Below the pieces are notes generated by a model. The model saw only the letters and a list, made by a program, of their open reading frames with translations, made no database searches and was not told the origin of the DNA. A stretch of DNA of 64,000 bases, taken from contig CAISZM010000003.1 in NCBI GenBank assembly GCA_903889965.1, positions 54,834 through 118,833 of the forward strand. Reading direction: 5' to 3'. This DNA is from an uncultured Elusimicrobia bacterium. Lineage in GTDB: Bacteria > Elusimicrobiota > Elusimicrobia > Elusimicrobiales > UBA9959. Of this stretch, positions 17,580-26,117 are shown one piece after another. The position numbers and the translations under genes were made by a program. Numbering within the stretch: position 1 is the first letter of the stretch; each line of letters opens with the position of its first letter.

Positions 17580-18446
17580 TTACCTTTTTAATATTTGTGT
17601 TACCCTATCCAGATCGTCAAGCGAATAATAATGTATGGTAATTTTACCATTCTGCGGGCCCGGGCCGGGGCAGATCTCGACCTTTGTCCCGAGACATTTC
17701 TCCAGCGCCCCCTCAAGCTCCATCGTTTCCGGTGTCTTCCGGGAACCATCCCGCGGCACGCGCTGTGTCTTCGGGCGCGCATGAAAACTCTGCGCGAAAG
17801 CCTCAACTTCCCGAACTGAAAGTTTTTCCGCGACTATACGCTGAAAAGCCTCGCGGCGCTTGGCCGAGTCCGGTATCGAGATAAGGGCGCGCGCATGCCC
17901 CGCGTCTATCAAGCCGCCTTGTATCCCCTGCCTGATATCCTCGTCGAGCTCCAGGAGCCGCAGCGTGTTGGAAACGGCGGCGCGCGACTTGCCCACGCGC
18001 TTGGCTATATCGGACTGGGATACGCCGAAATTCTGCATCAACTCCCTGTAGGCCAGGGCCGTGTCTACGGCGTTCAGGTCCTCCCGCTGTATATTCTCTA
18101 TGAGGGACAGGGCGAGCTTCTGCTCGTCGTCCAGGTCCCTTTTCACTATCGCGTCTATTTCCGCAAGGCCGGCCAGCGCAGCGGCGCGGAGGCGGCGCTC
18201 CCCGGCTATAAGCTCATACTGATCCTCCCCGCTGTCCTTCCAGACAGAAATAGGCTGGAGAAGCCCCCGCTCCCGGATCGACTCGGCCAGCTCTTTAAGA
18301 GCCGCTTCTTCGAAATTGCGGCGCGGCTGATAGCGGTTGGGACGTATATTCCCCAAGGGTATCTTTTGGACTATGTTCCCGGAGATGTCGTTGTCATGTA
18401 CCTTCGTTATCAGGGAGTCAATACCCCTTCCTAAAGCTTTTCTCAT
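17580..18446 (-). CDS. parB: Chromosome partitioning protein ParB/Spo0J
   Basis: It has KALGRGIDSL, the ParB box GLLQPISV, and LIAGERRLRAA, followed by an HTH region. Confidence 0.92.
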   Translation of the reverse strand: MRKALGRGIDSLITKVHDNDISGNIVQKIPLGNIRPNRYQPRRNFEEAALKELAESIRERGLLQPISVWKDSGEDQYELIAGERRLRAAALAGLAEIDAIVKRDLDDEQKLALSLIENIQREDLNAVDTALAYRELMQNFGVSQSDIAKRVGKSRAAVSNTLRLLELDEDIRQGIQGGLIDAGHARALISIPDSAKRREAFQRIVAEKLSVREVEAFAQSFHARPKTQRVPRDGSRKTPETMELEGALEKCLGTKVEICPGPGPQNGKITIHYYSLDDLDRVTQILKR

Positions 18447-18472
18447 ATTATTCTCCTTAATTATCGGGATCC

Positions 18473-19312
18473 TCAGCCGCCCAGGTCATATTCCAGCTCG
18501 GCCTCTTCGTTTACGTAGAGGTCCGAATTTTTGTAAGAGGAAATATCCACCCCGCGCCGAGAGAGGAACTCCAGCGCCAGTTCCTTATAGGCGAGGGCCC
18601 CGCGGGAACTGGGGTCATAGACGAAGATAGGCTGCCCGAAGCTGGGGGCCTCCGCCAGGCGCACGTTCCGCGGTATGACCGTCTTATAAAGCCTGTCCCC
18701 ATAGTACTTCGCTATCTCTCCCCTCACCTGGTTGGCCAGGTTTATACGCGAATCGTACATAGTAACCACGCCGCCGTCTATTTTCAGCCCCGGATTCAGG
18801 GCCTGGCGGATCTTCTCGACGGTATTCATAAAATATGCCAGCCCCTCCATAGCATAATACTCGCACTGCACCGGGGTCATTACAGAGTTAGAGGCATTAA
18901 GGGCGTTCACGGTAAGCAGCCCCAGCGAAGGCGGGCAGTCTATTATAATGAACTTGTACATCCCGCGCACCTTGTCCAAGGACCTCTTCAGGACGGACTC
19001 CCGGGAAAATTCGCTCACCAGCTCTATCTCGGCGCCGGCCAGGTTATGGCTTGTCGGCACTATATCCAGCCACTCCACGGAAGTCTGATGTATAGCCGCC
19101 TCCACGGGAGCTCTGCCGCAGAGGACGTCATAAATGTTCTTATTGTTATTAGTTATGTCCACACCCAAACCGGAAGTCGCGTTACTCTGGGGATCAAAAT
19201 CAATTAGAAGTGTCTCATAGTCGAAGGCGGCAAGGGCTACAGCCAGGTTTATAGCCGTAGTTGTCTTCCCCACCCCCCCTTTCTGATTAGCTATCGCCAC
19301 TATTTCAGCCAT
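18473..19312 (-). CDS. parA: Chromosome partitioning ATPase ParA/Soj
   Basis: It has the deviant Walker A motif NQKGGVGKTTTAINLA. The start is set at Met11 (19312), with AAGGAG 5 nt upstream. The ORF-track start at 19342 lies inside the palindrome. Confidence 0.92.
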   Translation of the reverse strand: MAEIVAIANQKGGVGKTTTAINLAVALAAFDYETLLIDFDPQSNATSGLGVDITNNNKNIYDVLCGRAPVEAAIHQTSVEWLDIVPTSHNLAGAEIELVSEFSRESVLKRSLDKVRGMYKFIIIDCPPSLGLLTVNALNASNSVMTPVQCEYYAMEGLAYFMNTVEKIRQALNPGLKIDGGVVTMYDSRINLANQVRGEIAKYYGDRLYKTVIPRNVRLAEAPSFGQPIFVYDPSSRGALAYKELALEFLSRRGVDISSYKNSDLYVNEEAELEYDLGG

Positions 19313-19333
19313 ATACGCTCCTTGGCGTCCAAA

Positions 19334-19351
19334 TGTTTTCACGTGAAAACA
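19334..19351. promoter_or_regulatory. parS-like 18-bp perfect palindrome (copy 1), in the parA leader/promoter
   Basis: TGTTTTCACGTGAAAACA. It shares the central TTCACGTGAA and outer TGT/ACA with canonical parS TGTTNCACGTGAAACA, but has one extra T:A per half-site. Confidence 0.7.
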
Positions 19352-19557
19352 AATCCACCCTGATGATTTAACTATTCTATAGTTTTAACGCGTACAAGTC
19401 AAATGCCGCTCGAGCGCGCAGGCGGAAGAGCGGTCAGATCCATCCCGCTAAACAAACCAACAAACAACATGAGCCATGGCCCTAAAAATTCAATGCCCGC
19501 ATCGCAAACATCATTTCCAATGCGCGCCCGGCGCATCCCTATGCTCAGGATTTAACC

Positions 19558-19588
19558 AAAAAACAGCCCGGGAGCCGCCTCCCGGGCT
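19558..19588 (-). terminator. Intrinsic terminator for the DUF2089 gene transcript
   Basis: On the minus strand, stem AGCCCGGGA/TCCCGGGCT (19565-19573 / 19580-19588) has a 6-nt loop and is followed by GTTTTTT. Confidence 0.65.
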
Positions 19589-19621
19589 AAAAACACGCTT
19601 CATGGTATTTTTAAACCGATT

Positions 19622-19639
19622 TGTTTTCACGTGAAAACA
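19622..19639. promoter_or_regulatory. parS-like 18-bp perfect palindrome (copy 2)
   Basis: It is identical to copy 1 (TGTTTTCACGTGAAAACA), lies 288 bp away from it, and sits in non-coding DNA. Confidence 0.7.
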
Positions 19640-19743
19640 TCCCCGCCCCGCATCAGACTAAAGCTCAAGCGCTTAACAAATTCACGGACGCGGCACCCGC
19701 CACGCCCCAGCTAATATCGGCACGGAGGCATTTTCTGCCGCGT

Positions 19744-20112
19744 TCATTTTTCAAGGTTCTTCAGCAGCACTATCGCCTCACGGGCAGTTACCTCCCCCCG
19801 CTCCAACTTCTCTACGATCGCTATACGGCGCAACCTGGCCTCAGCCTGCACATTCCCCAACCCAAGCCTATTCAACAGGGAATCAAGCCGCCCCCTCACC
19901 GTGGGGTACGAAATACCCAGCCTTCGCCCCACTTCCTTAATACTGCCCCTTGACGCCAGAAAAATACGCAAGAACTTATCTTCCGCCGGCGTCAACTCCG
20001 CGAAATGAGGAAGATGAAAACTACCCTTCACTGTCGTATCACAGCCGGAACAGCGAAGCTCGGTAATCCGAACCTTCCCGCCGCATGCCGGACACTTGTT
20101 TGGAATATGCAT
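19744..20112 (-). CDS. DUF2089-type protein (N-terminal zinc ribbon + C-terminal HTH)
   Basis: The zinc ribbon is CPACGGKVRITELRCSGCDTTV. LTPAEDKFLRIFLASRGSIKEVGRRLGISYPTVRGRLDSLL follows, the architecture I associate with DUF2089. Confidence 0.75.
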   Translation of the reverse strand: MHIPNKCPACGGKVRITELRCSGCDTTVKGSFHLPHFAELTPAEDKFLRIFLASRGSIKEVGRRLGISYPTVRGRLDSLLNRLGLGNVQAEARLRRIAIVEKLERGEVTAREAIVLLKNLEK

Positions 20113-20429
20113 ATTATCAATCCGTGCCTCAATTTAATTAAGCCGCCTATCAAGATTGTTAAATAATAGCAGAATTTATATAAAGATTCAACAATATTTC
20201 ACAAAATGGGGGGGATAAGCTCCTAAAAATTTACAAGGGGGCCGCCAAAAATCCGCCGTGTACCCCGAAACACGAAACAAACCCCACCGTCTATCCCAAA
20301 AGCGACTATTCACTCGGCAGGGGGGGCAGCATTTCATGCCAACCCCGATGCCGCGCAATATCCACGGACCTGGCGGCAACCAATGCAACACCCGCCAAAG
20401 CGAACAGGCGACGCGGGAAAAAGCCGCCC

Positions 20430-20693
20430 TCAATCCCAACCCATTGAATCCATTTCATTGTCTATCGTCGGAGCGGAAGCCTCCGCGGCGACAAAACCCT
20501 TCACAGGCGGGGGCAAAACCGGCCGGGACACCGCCGAACCCAAGCCCCTCACAACCTCGGCGGAAACAGCCCAATTTCTCCCAAAACGCAACGCGGCCAA
20601 TTTACCATTCTTAACTTTCTTAAAAACCGCTATGCGGCTGATCCCAAGCATGGCCGCAACCTCGGGTATGGAATAATATTCTCTCTCCATCAA
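20430..20693 (-). CDS. Excisionase/MerR-type helix-turn-helix DNA-binding protein (87 aa)
   Basis: N-terminal YYSIPEVAAMLGISRIAVFKKVKNGKLAALRFGRNW fits the excisionase-family HTH pattern. The C-terminal half is low complexity. Confidence 0.65.
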   Translation of the reverse strand: MMEREYYSIPEVAAMLGISRIAVFKKVKNGKLAALRFGRNWAVSAEVVRGLGSAVSRPVLPPPVKGFVAAEASAPTIDNEMDSMGWD

Positions 20694-20699
20694 ATCATA

Positions 20700-20715
20700 T
20701 TAACTTATGTTAACC
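20700..20715. promoter_or_regulatory. Operator-like repeat TTAACTTATGTTAACC (copy 1)
   Basis: It contains two GTTAAC-type half sites 4 nt apart and lies 7 nt upstream of the HTH gene start. Confidence 0.45.
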
Positions 20716-20792
20716 ATTTTTGCAACCACAAAAAAATAAAACCATCCAAACCCCAATAACAGCAGCCCCGACAAACCAAGTCGGAAATTAAG

Positions 20793-20808
20793 TTAACTTA
20801 TGTTAACC
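20793..20808. promoter_or_regulatory. Operator-like repeat TTAACTTATGTTAACC (copy 2)
   Basis: It is an exact 16-nt direct repeat of copy 1, 93 bp away, in the divergent intergenic region. Confidence 0.45.
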
Positions 20809-20921
20809 TTTAGGATTAAAAACCAAAAATTAGCACAAAAAGCAGGGAAAAACCATGTTACTCAAGGGACTTGATGAATGGGTGCTGAAAATTTATATAC
20901 TATTAACACGGTTCCCACCAT

Positions 20922-21914
20922 ATGAGGATATTAATACTCGGCGGCACAAACTTTTTTGGAAAAGAGGCGGCCATACGCCTGCACAAGGCCGGCAATGACG
21001 TAACGATATTCTCAAGGTGCGCCCCTGTGGACGGCCTGCCGCTTGACATACGCCAGGCCCGGGGCGACCGTACCGTTGAGATAGATCTTTCCAGAATGGC
21101 GGTAGAGCCCTGGGACGCCGTGATAGACAACATCTGCTACACGGCGGAGGACGCGCGGAAAGCCATAAGGGTTTTCAACGGGAGAACCGGGCTATACCTC
21201 TTCACCTCGTCAGCCGCCATCTACTCCATCCTGGCCGGATCCTCATCCCCTTTCAGGGAAAAACAGGCGGAACTGCTGCCCCTTAGGGCTCCGCTTAAAG
21301 AGAAATACGCCTACAGCCTGGGCAAGTACGAAGCCGAGCGGGAATACCTCAAGGCCTACACTGAAACCAGATTCCCGGCGGCAATACTACGGCCGCCCGT
21401 CGTGATAGGCCCCAACGATCCCACCCTGCGCGCCTACTCATACTGGCTGCGGCTGGCCGACGGAGGACCGCTTTTCCTGCCGGGCTTCGCCTTCAACAAT
21501 CGTTTTCTTTTTTCCAGGGACGCGGCGCGCGCCCTGGAAGCGCTCATCTACGCCAAAGCGCCTCAGGGAAAAACCTACAACTTCGGGGATTCGCAGACCA
21601 TGACGCTGGACGATTTCGTCAGGCTTTCCGCGCGGATAATGCACCGGGAAGCGGAGATACTTTACCCCGAATACTCCTGGATGAAAGAGAACGGTTTTGA
21701 TTTCGCCGCCACGCCTTTTTCGATGGGGGGGGATTTCGTGCTGGATATTTCAAAAGCCGAAAGCGAACTTGGCTGGACATCCACCCCCGCGGCGGCCTGG
21801 CTGGAGGAAACGATTAATTGGTATCTTTTCAGCTATACAGGACCGGCGCCAAAGAACTACGCCTCCCGCAAAGCCGAAATGAGCCTGGTTGAAAAATGGA
21901 AAACGAAATTATGA
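20922..21914 (+). CDS. NAD-dependent epimerase/dehydratase family protein
   Basis: It has the N-terminal ILILGGTNFFGKE (GxxGxxG) and a YxxxK context (YSLGKYEAE). 330 aa. Confidence 0.8.
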   Translation: MRILILGGTNFFGKEAAIRLHKAGNDVTIFSRCAPVDGLPLDIRQARGDRTVEIDLSRMAVEPWDAVIDNICYTAEDARKAIRVFNGRTGLYLFTSSAAIYSILAGSSSPFREKQAELLPLRAPLKEKYAYSLGKYEAEREYLKAYTETRFPAAILRPPVVIGPNDPTLRAYSYWLRLADGGPLFLPGFAFNNRFLFSRDAARALEALIYAKAPQGKTYNFGDSQTMTLDDFVRLSARIMHREAEILYPEYSWMKENGFDFAATPFSMGGDFVLDISKAESELGWTSTPAAAWLEETINWYLFSYTGPAPKNYASRKAEMSLVEKWKTKL

Positions 21915-22522
21915 CAAAGGGCGAAAAGAATAACGCCGCAAAAGCCGGCAAGATAAAGATCTTCCTGATGGATGTCGACGGCGTGCTTACCGACGGCAAG
22001 ATGTACTACATACCCGGCAAGGGGAAGGAGATGGTGGAGTTCAAGTCCTTCCACTCGCTGGACGGGATAGGACTGAGGCTTCTGAACCAGTTCGGCATTA
22101 TCACGGGCGTAATAACCGGCCGCGAATCCCCCGGCACGGAGGAACGCGCTAAAAGCCTGGGCATGAGCTACGCGTACCAGGGTTTTCTTTCCAAGCTGGA
22201 CCCGCTGCGCCGCATACTGGCCGATACCGGCCTTAAGCCGGAGAACGTGGCATATATGGGTGACGACTGGACCGACATCCCGGTTCTTAAAATGGCCGGG
22301 CTTGCCTGCGCCCCGGCCAATTCGCAGGAAGAGGTGAAAACGGCGGCCGACATAGTGACGAAAAAAGAAGGCGGCATGGGGGCGGTACGCGAGGTGTGCG
22401 ATTTTATACTCAGGAGCCAGGGGCACTGGGAAACCGTAATGGGCTACGTCGAGACGGCGCACTGGCCGGAGATAAAAAGACCGCCGATGAAAATAGTCCG
22501 CGGATCGGGGGCAAAAAAATGA
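21896..22522 (+). CDS. kdsC: 3-deoxy-D-manno-octulosonate 8-phosphate phosphatase (HAD-IIIA)
   Basis: It has FLMDVDGVLTDG, ITGR, YMGDDWTDIPVL and the C-terminal GGMGAVREVCDFIL. An alternative start at 21911 would give an ATGA overlap with the epimerase stop. Confidence 0.85.
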   Translation: MENEIMTKGEKNNAAKAGKIKIFLMDVDGVLTDGKMYYIPGKGKEMVEFKSFHSLDGIGLRLLNQFGIITGVITGRESPGTEERAKSLGMSYAYQGFLSKLDPLRRILADTGLKPENVAYMGDDWTDIPVLKMAGLACAPANSQEEVKTAADIVTKKEGGMGAVREVCDFILRSQGHWETVMGYVETAHWPEIKRPPMKIVRGSGAKK

Positions 22523-22977
22523 AAAAGGCATTCCTTCTGCTGGCGGGTTTGGGGCTGCTGGCCTCCGCCGCGCCGCTGGCGGCCTTCGAGGACGACGGGT
22601 TGTCCGAGGCCGCGGTCTCTACCGACGCCGTAAAGAACGGCGACGAAGACGAAACACAGCCCCTTATACAGGAGAGCGACGAGGACCTTGCCGCCTTCGT
22701 AACCGATTACATCACGAAGGACATACAGTTAAAGGGCGCCTTTCTGCTGGAGGACAAACCCGCCCAAAAAGTGCTGAAACTTAAACTCGCTTCGGTGGAA
22801 CAAAAATCATCGAACGGGGATAATGACGTCAAAAAGATAAAGGCGCTCTTCAAGGACGCCGCCGGAAAGAAATATACGATAATTTTTCATGTCAGGCGCG
22901 GCACCTGGGGGGACCTGGATATTTTTAAAATAGAGATAGCGCCAGCGGCCCCGGCCGCGGCCAAAACAGGCCGGTAA
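22519..22977 (+). CDS. Secreted/anchored acidic hypothetical protein (152 aa)
   Basis: The start is moved to MKKAFLLLAGLGLLASAAPLAA, giving an ATGA overlap with the kdsC stop. An acidic linker is followed by a beta-rich C-terminal half. Confidence 0.55.
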   Translation: MKKAFLLLAGLGLLASAAPLAAFEDDGLSEAAVSTDAVKNGDEDETQPLIQESDEDLAAFVTDYITKDIQLKGAFLLEDKPAQKVLKLKLASVEQKSSNGDNDVKKIKALFKDAAGKKYTIIFHVRRGTWGDLDIFKIEIAPAAPAAAKTGR

Positions 22978-22978
22978 G

Positions 22979-23668
22979 ATGGATACCGGACTTTTAATTG
23001 CGGCCTTCGGCGCCGGCATAGCGTCGTTCTTCTCTCCCTGCATACTGCCGCTGCTCCCCGGCTACCTTTCGATGCTGTCCGGCTTTTCGGCCGGAGAAAT
23101 AATCAACGGGCACGCGAAGGTGGTGACCGGCAAGGTGGTCGGAAATGCGGTCATATTCATAGTCGGATTCACCCTGGCTTTCTCCATGATGGGGGCGGCG
23201 GCCTCCGGCATGGGAGCCCTGCTGTCCTCGCACCGGGACGCGCTGATGAAGATCTTCGGGGCGGCGCTTGTGCTGCTGGGCGCGCACATGTCGGGCCTCT
23301 TCAGTTTCCGCTTCCTCAATTACGAAAAACGCTTCTCCACGCGCGGGCTCACGCAGGGGGGGGCAGGGTCTTTCCTCCTGGGGTTCGCTTTCGCGCTGGG
23401 CTGGTCTCCCTGCATAGGGCCCATACTGGCCACAATACTTGGCATGGCGGCCCTGACCGGCACGGCGGCGAGGGGAATGGCGCTGCTCGCGGTTTATTCG
23501 GCCGGTATGGCGCTTCCGCTCCTGGCCGCGGCTTTCCTTACCGCCAGGTTCTTCACCCTTATGGCGCGCTTCCGCAAGCCGCTGCGCTATGTGAAGCTGG
23601 CCGCCGGCCTTATACTGGCCACAGCCGGAGTGCTCCTCTTCTTCGATAAACTGATGTTCGTAGCATGA
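22979..23668 (+). CDS. ccdA: Cytochrome c biogenesis/thiol-disulfide transporter CcdA (DsbD family)
   Basis: It has FFSPCILPLLPGY and a second WSPCIGP motif. The protein is polytopic, 229 aa. Confidence 0.85.
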   Translation: MDTGLLIAAFGAGIASFFSPCILPLLPGYLSMLSGFSAGEIINGHAKVVTGKVVGNAVIFIVGFTLAFSMMGAAASGMGALLSSHRDALMKIFGAALVLLGAHMSGLFSFRFLNYEKRFSTRGLTQGGAGSFLLGFAFALGWSPCIGPILATILGMAALTGTAARGMALLAVYSAGMALPLLAAAFLTARFFTLMARFRKPLRYVKLAAGLILATAGVLLFFDKLMFVA

Positions 23669-23868
23669 ATCAGATCCCTCTATTGCGCCGCCCGCCATGC
23701 CATATGGAATTGCGGCCAATATATACCCCTAAACCTGGCGGGAAGGGATGGATATTCCCTGACGTATTTTTGTTATCATAATACTGCAATTTACGCCAAA
23801 ACAGGCCAAGTTAGCCGCGCATTTTCGTGCCTTCTTCACGGCGATATTTCAGAACTGGAGATGCTCTA

Positions 23869-24756
23869 ATGTACTTAAGACTTTCATCAATAACCGGTTC
23901 GATATTAGCCCTCTTTTTCGGGGTACTTGGCCTTGCTTTTGCCCTGGGCATTGTAGGCTTCTATTGCCAGGAATGGGGCATTACAGGAACACGGAAGGGC
24001 ACCGCATGGGACCTGCAGTTTAATTTTAAGTATTTTTACACTTTGCGTTACAAGATACTCAGCCTCGGCGGGGTAACTACCCTCTCCCTGTCATCGGAAT
24101 TCAGTCGGCCGATAAGCGGGAGGCCCGGCGCCTCTCCAGCCCGCATCAACACCCTCTCGGCGGAAACGGCCGGCGGGGAGGCCACCACCATAACCCACCT
24201 TATTCCGTATGGGATGCCCGAACCCATTACCGCCTTCATTGATGGGATAAACACAAAACTTGGAACCCCGGGAATTGACAGTTTCGATGAAAAACTGGTT
24301 TTCGATCCGCTGCAAATGAGGGACATATTCCTTTATGTTTTCGGCTCCTTTGGATTAATATTCGGGGTTTTGACCGCTCTCTTCTTCTTCAACTTTATAC
24401 GGAATATATTCTGCCCGGTCTTTATAAACGCGGACAGCGGCAAAGTTGAATACCGCAACTCGCTGTACTCCGACGCAAAAACGGTTCCGGTGCAGGATAT
24501 TCGGAATTTTGAAGTCAGCCCCTACAGGGCCAGCGACTCCCCTGGATGGCTGAAAAAGGTCTTTGGCGAGGAAAGATTACAGAGGATGATGGAAGCACCG
24601 CAAAGAAAAAAATATCAGCCAGCCCTGGTCCTGAATTTTAAGGACGGCAGCCGGACGGCGTTCTACGGGGGACCGGCCAAAGAGGCTAAAGAGCAAGAGA
24701 TAGCGGAATCCCTGAACCGGGTCATAGGCGCCGAAAAGCGCCCGCCAAAGAATTAA
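23869..24756 (+). CDS. Hypothetical membrane protein (two TM regions)
   Basis: The start is set at the ATG with GGAG 8 nt upstream; the track start at 23827 is GTG. TM segments occur near the N-terminus and mid-protein. The region is AT-richer than its flanks. Confidence 0.5.
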   Translation: MYLRLSSITGSILALFFGVLGLAFALGIVGFYCQEWGITGTRKGTAWDLQFNFKYFYTLRYKILSLGGVTTLSLSSEFSRPISGRPGASPARINTLSAETAGGEATTITHLIPYGMPEPITAFIDGINTKLGTPGIDSFDEKLVFDPLQMRDIFLYVFGSFGLIFGVLTALFFFNFIRNIFCPVFINADSGKVEYRNSLYSDAKTVPVQDIRNFEVSPYRASDSPGWLKKVFGEERLQRMMEAPQRKKYQPALVLNFKDGSRTAFYGGPAKEAKEQEIAESLNRVIGAEKRPPKN

Positions 24757-24879
24757 GAGGCTGCTTTTACAGCTTCCCGGTAACGCCCCTGATCTTTAGC
24801 GGAAAAAAGAACTTATACCGCAGGATGCCGTGAAAAAAAGGGGGGGATACTATTGCCGCGGGGATTTACGCACGGTCAT

Positions 24880-25794
24880 TTACTTCGGCAATACTTTATC
24901 CGCGCCGTTTTGAGCCAGGGATTTTTTCAGCTCGTATGTCTTGCAGACGCAAAGGAACTCGTACAGCGCGTGCAGCCTGGCGAAGTAGTAGCCTTCCCAT
25001 CCGTCCAAGAAGCCCAACTGAACAACATATACATATAAGAACCTCAATAGCGGCCGCAAAGGCATATGTCTGCTGAGGTTTCTCAGCTTTCGTTTAACTC
25101 CGGTTTTATCGGCGGTGTTAGCCTTTGCGAAGGATTTTCGGCTATGATCTATCGCCACGCGGGCTTCCCAGTTAGAATATCGGTTATGCTTATTCACGAA
25201 AACGTCCACGGTAGGGAAGGCGTAGTGGTCTAGCCGGGAGCCTAGATACCCGGCCTTTCCCTTAAGGATGATATTTTCATGAACCTCGTTATCACCTGAA
25301 TCCGTCGCCATATCGGTAAGGGTTTCATAGCGGGCGAGGCCATGTTTGAACAGCCTTAATATCCAGTTGGGCTGGTAGGCATGTTTAAGCCATTTCCCCA
25401 TAAACATGAACCGCCGGTTAATGAAATATCCGTCGAATCCGCGGCTGTTGGAGCCGCAGACCTCGCGCAGTTCCTCTTCCGCGCCAGCCGGGAATGCCTC
25501 ATCCGCATCGAGTATAAGCACCCACTCATTGGATATGGGCAGGTTGTCTAGCGCCCAGTTTTTCTTTTTAGGGGAAATACCGGTAAATTTGAATTGAACG
25601 ACCTTGGCCCCGAAAGAACCCGCGATGGCCGCCGAATCGTCCGAACTTGCGGAATCGACTACGAATATCTCTTCCGCCCAGCGTACGGACTGAAGGCAGC
25701 GGGGCAGATTTTTTGCCTCGTTCAGAACGGGTATTATGACAGATAAAGGCACTTTCTTCACTTTATATTCCCCTGATTTTAGCGGCCAGACCAT
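24880..25794 (-). CDS. Glycosyltransferase family 2
   Basis: It has LSVIIPVLNEAKNL, VVDSASSDDS and LILDADE (DxD). Confidence 0.85.
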   Translation of the reverse strand: MVWPLKSGEYKVKKVPLSVIIPVLNEAKNLPRCLQSVRWAEEIFVVDSASSDDSAAIAGSFGAKVVQFKFTGISPKKKNWALDNLPISNEWVLILDADEAFPAGAEEELREVCGSNSRGFDGYFINRRFMFMGKWLKHAYQPNWILRLFKHGLARYETLTDMATDSGDNEVHENIILKGKAGYLGSRLDHYAFPTVDVFVNKHNRYSNWEARVAIDHSRKSFAKANTADKTGVKRKLRNLSRHMPLRPLLRFLYVYVVQLGFLDGWEGYYFARLHALYEFLCVCKTYELKKSLAQNGADKVLPK

Positions 25795-26117
25795 TCATAG
25801 CGGTCATGAGTGACATTACGGTTTTTTAAAAAAGATGTTCCGCATTTGTTGATGTCCTGCAATTCGGCTTTGTTTTGAAGGTCCACGCGGCAATTCCTGC
25901 CCACGGGACTTTTGCCGCCGGTATATTATATCTTATTGGAAATCAGGACAGTTTAGCGAGGGAAGCACCTCCGCTACCGTCTGCCCGGAACCCATATAAA
26001 CGGGGGAGCAAAGCCGCTGCAAAGTCCGCAATCTTACCGATAAACGGCCCGCGCCATGGCCAGGAACAAAGCTGGGAGCACTTCCTGTCAGCGGTACGGA
26101 TATATTAAGCCTCAAAG

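Noticed and set aside
12896-19342. N-terminal extensions in the ORF track for the HEXXH protein, the C11 peptidase and parA. The same applies elsewhere to macA, glpT, the GT4 at 27518, the pyruvyl transferase, and the 152-aa and 175-aa exported proteins.
   Set aside because: In each case an internal Met gives a proper signal peptide or conserved N-terminus and has a Shine-Dalgarno-like sequence. The extended versions overlap neighbouring genes or regulatory palindromes, so the shorter starts were used.
20357-20366. A DnaA-box-like AATATCCACG, together with the AT-rich stretch 20113-20215 near parAB, considered as a possible replication origin.
   Set aside because: There is only one imperfect box, no cluster of boxes, and no dnaA or dnaN nearby. 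The AT-rich stretch is better explained as the DUF2089 gene promoter region.
20258-20614. A plus-strand 118-aa ORF (and 20383..20676) rich in Pro/Asn/Gln/Arg.
   Set aside because: It is low complexity, overlaps the better-supported minus-strand HTH gene, and reflects the A/C-rich strand bias of the region rather than a protein.
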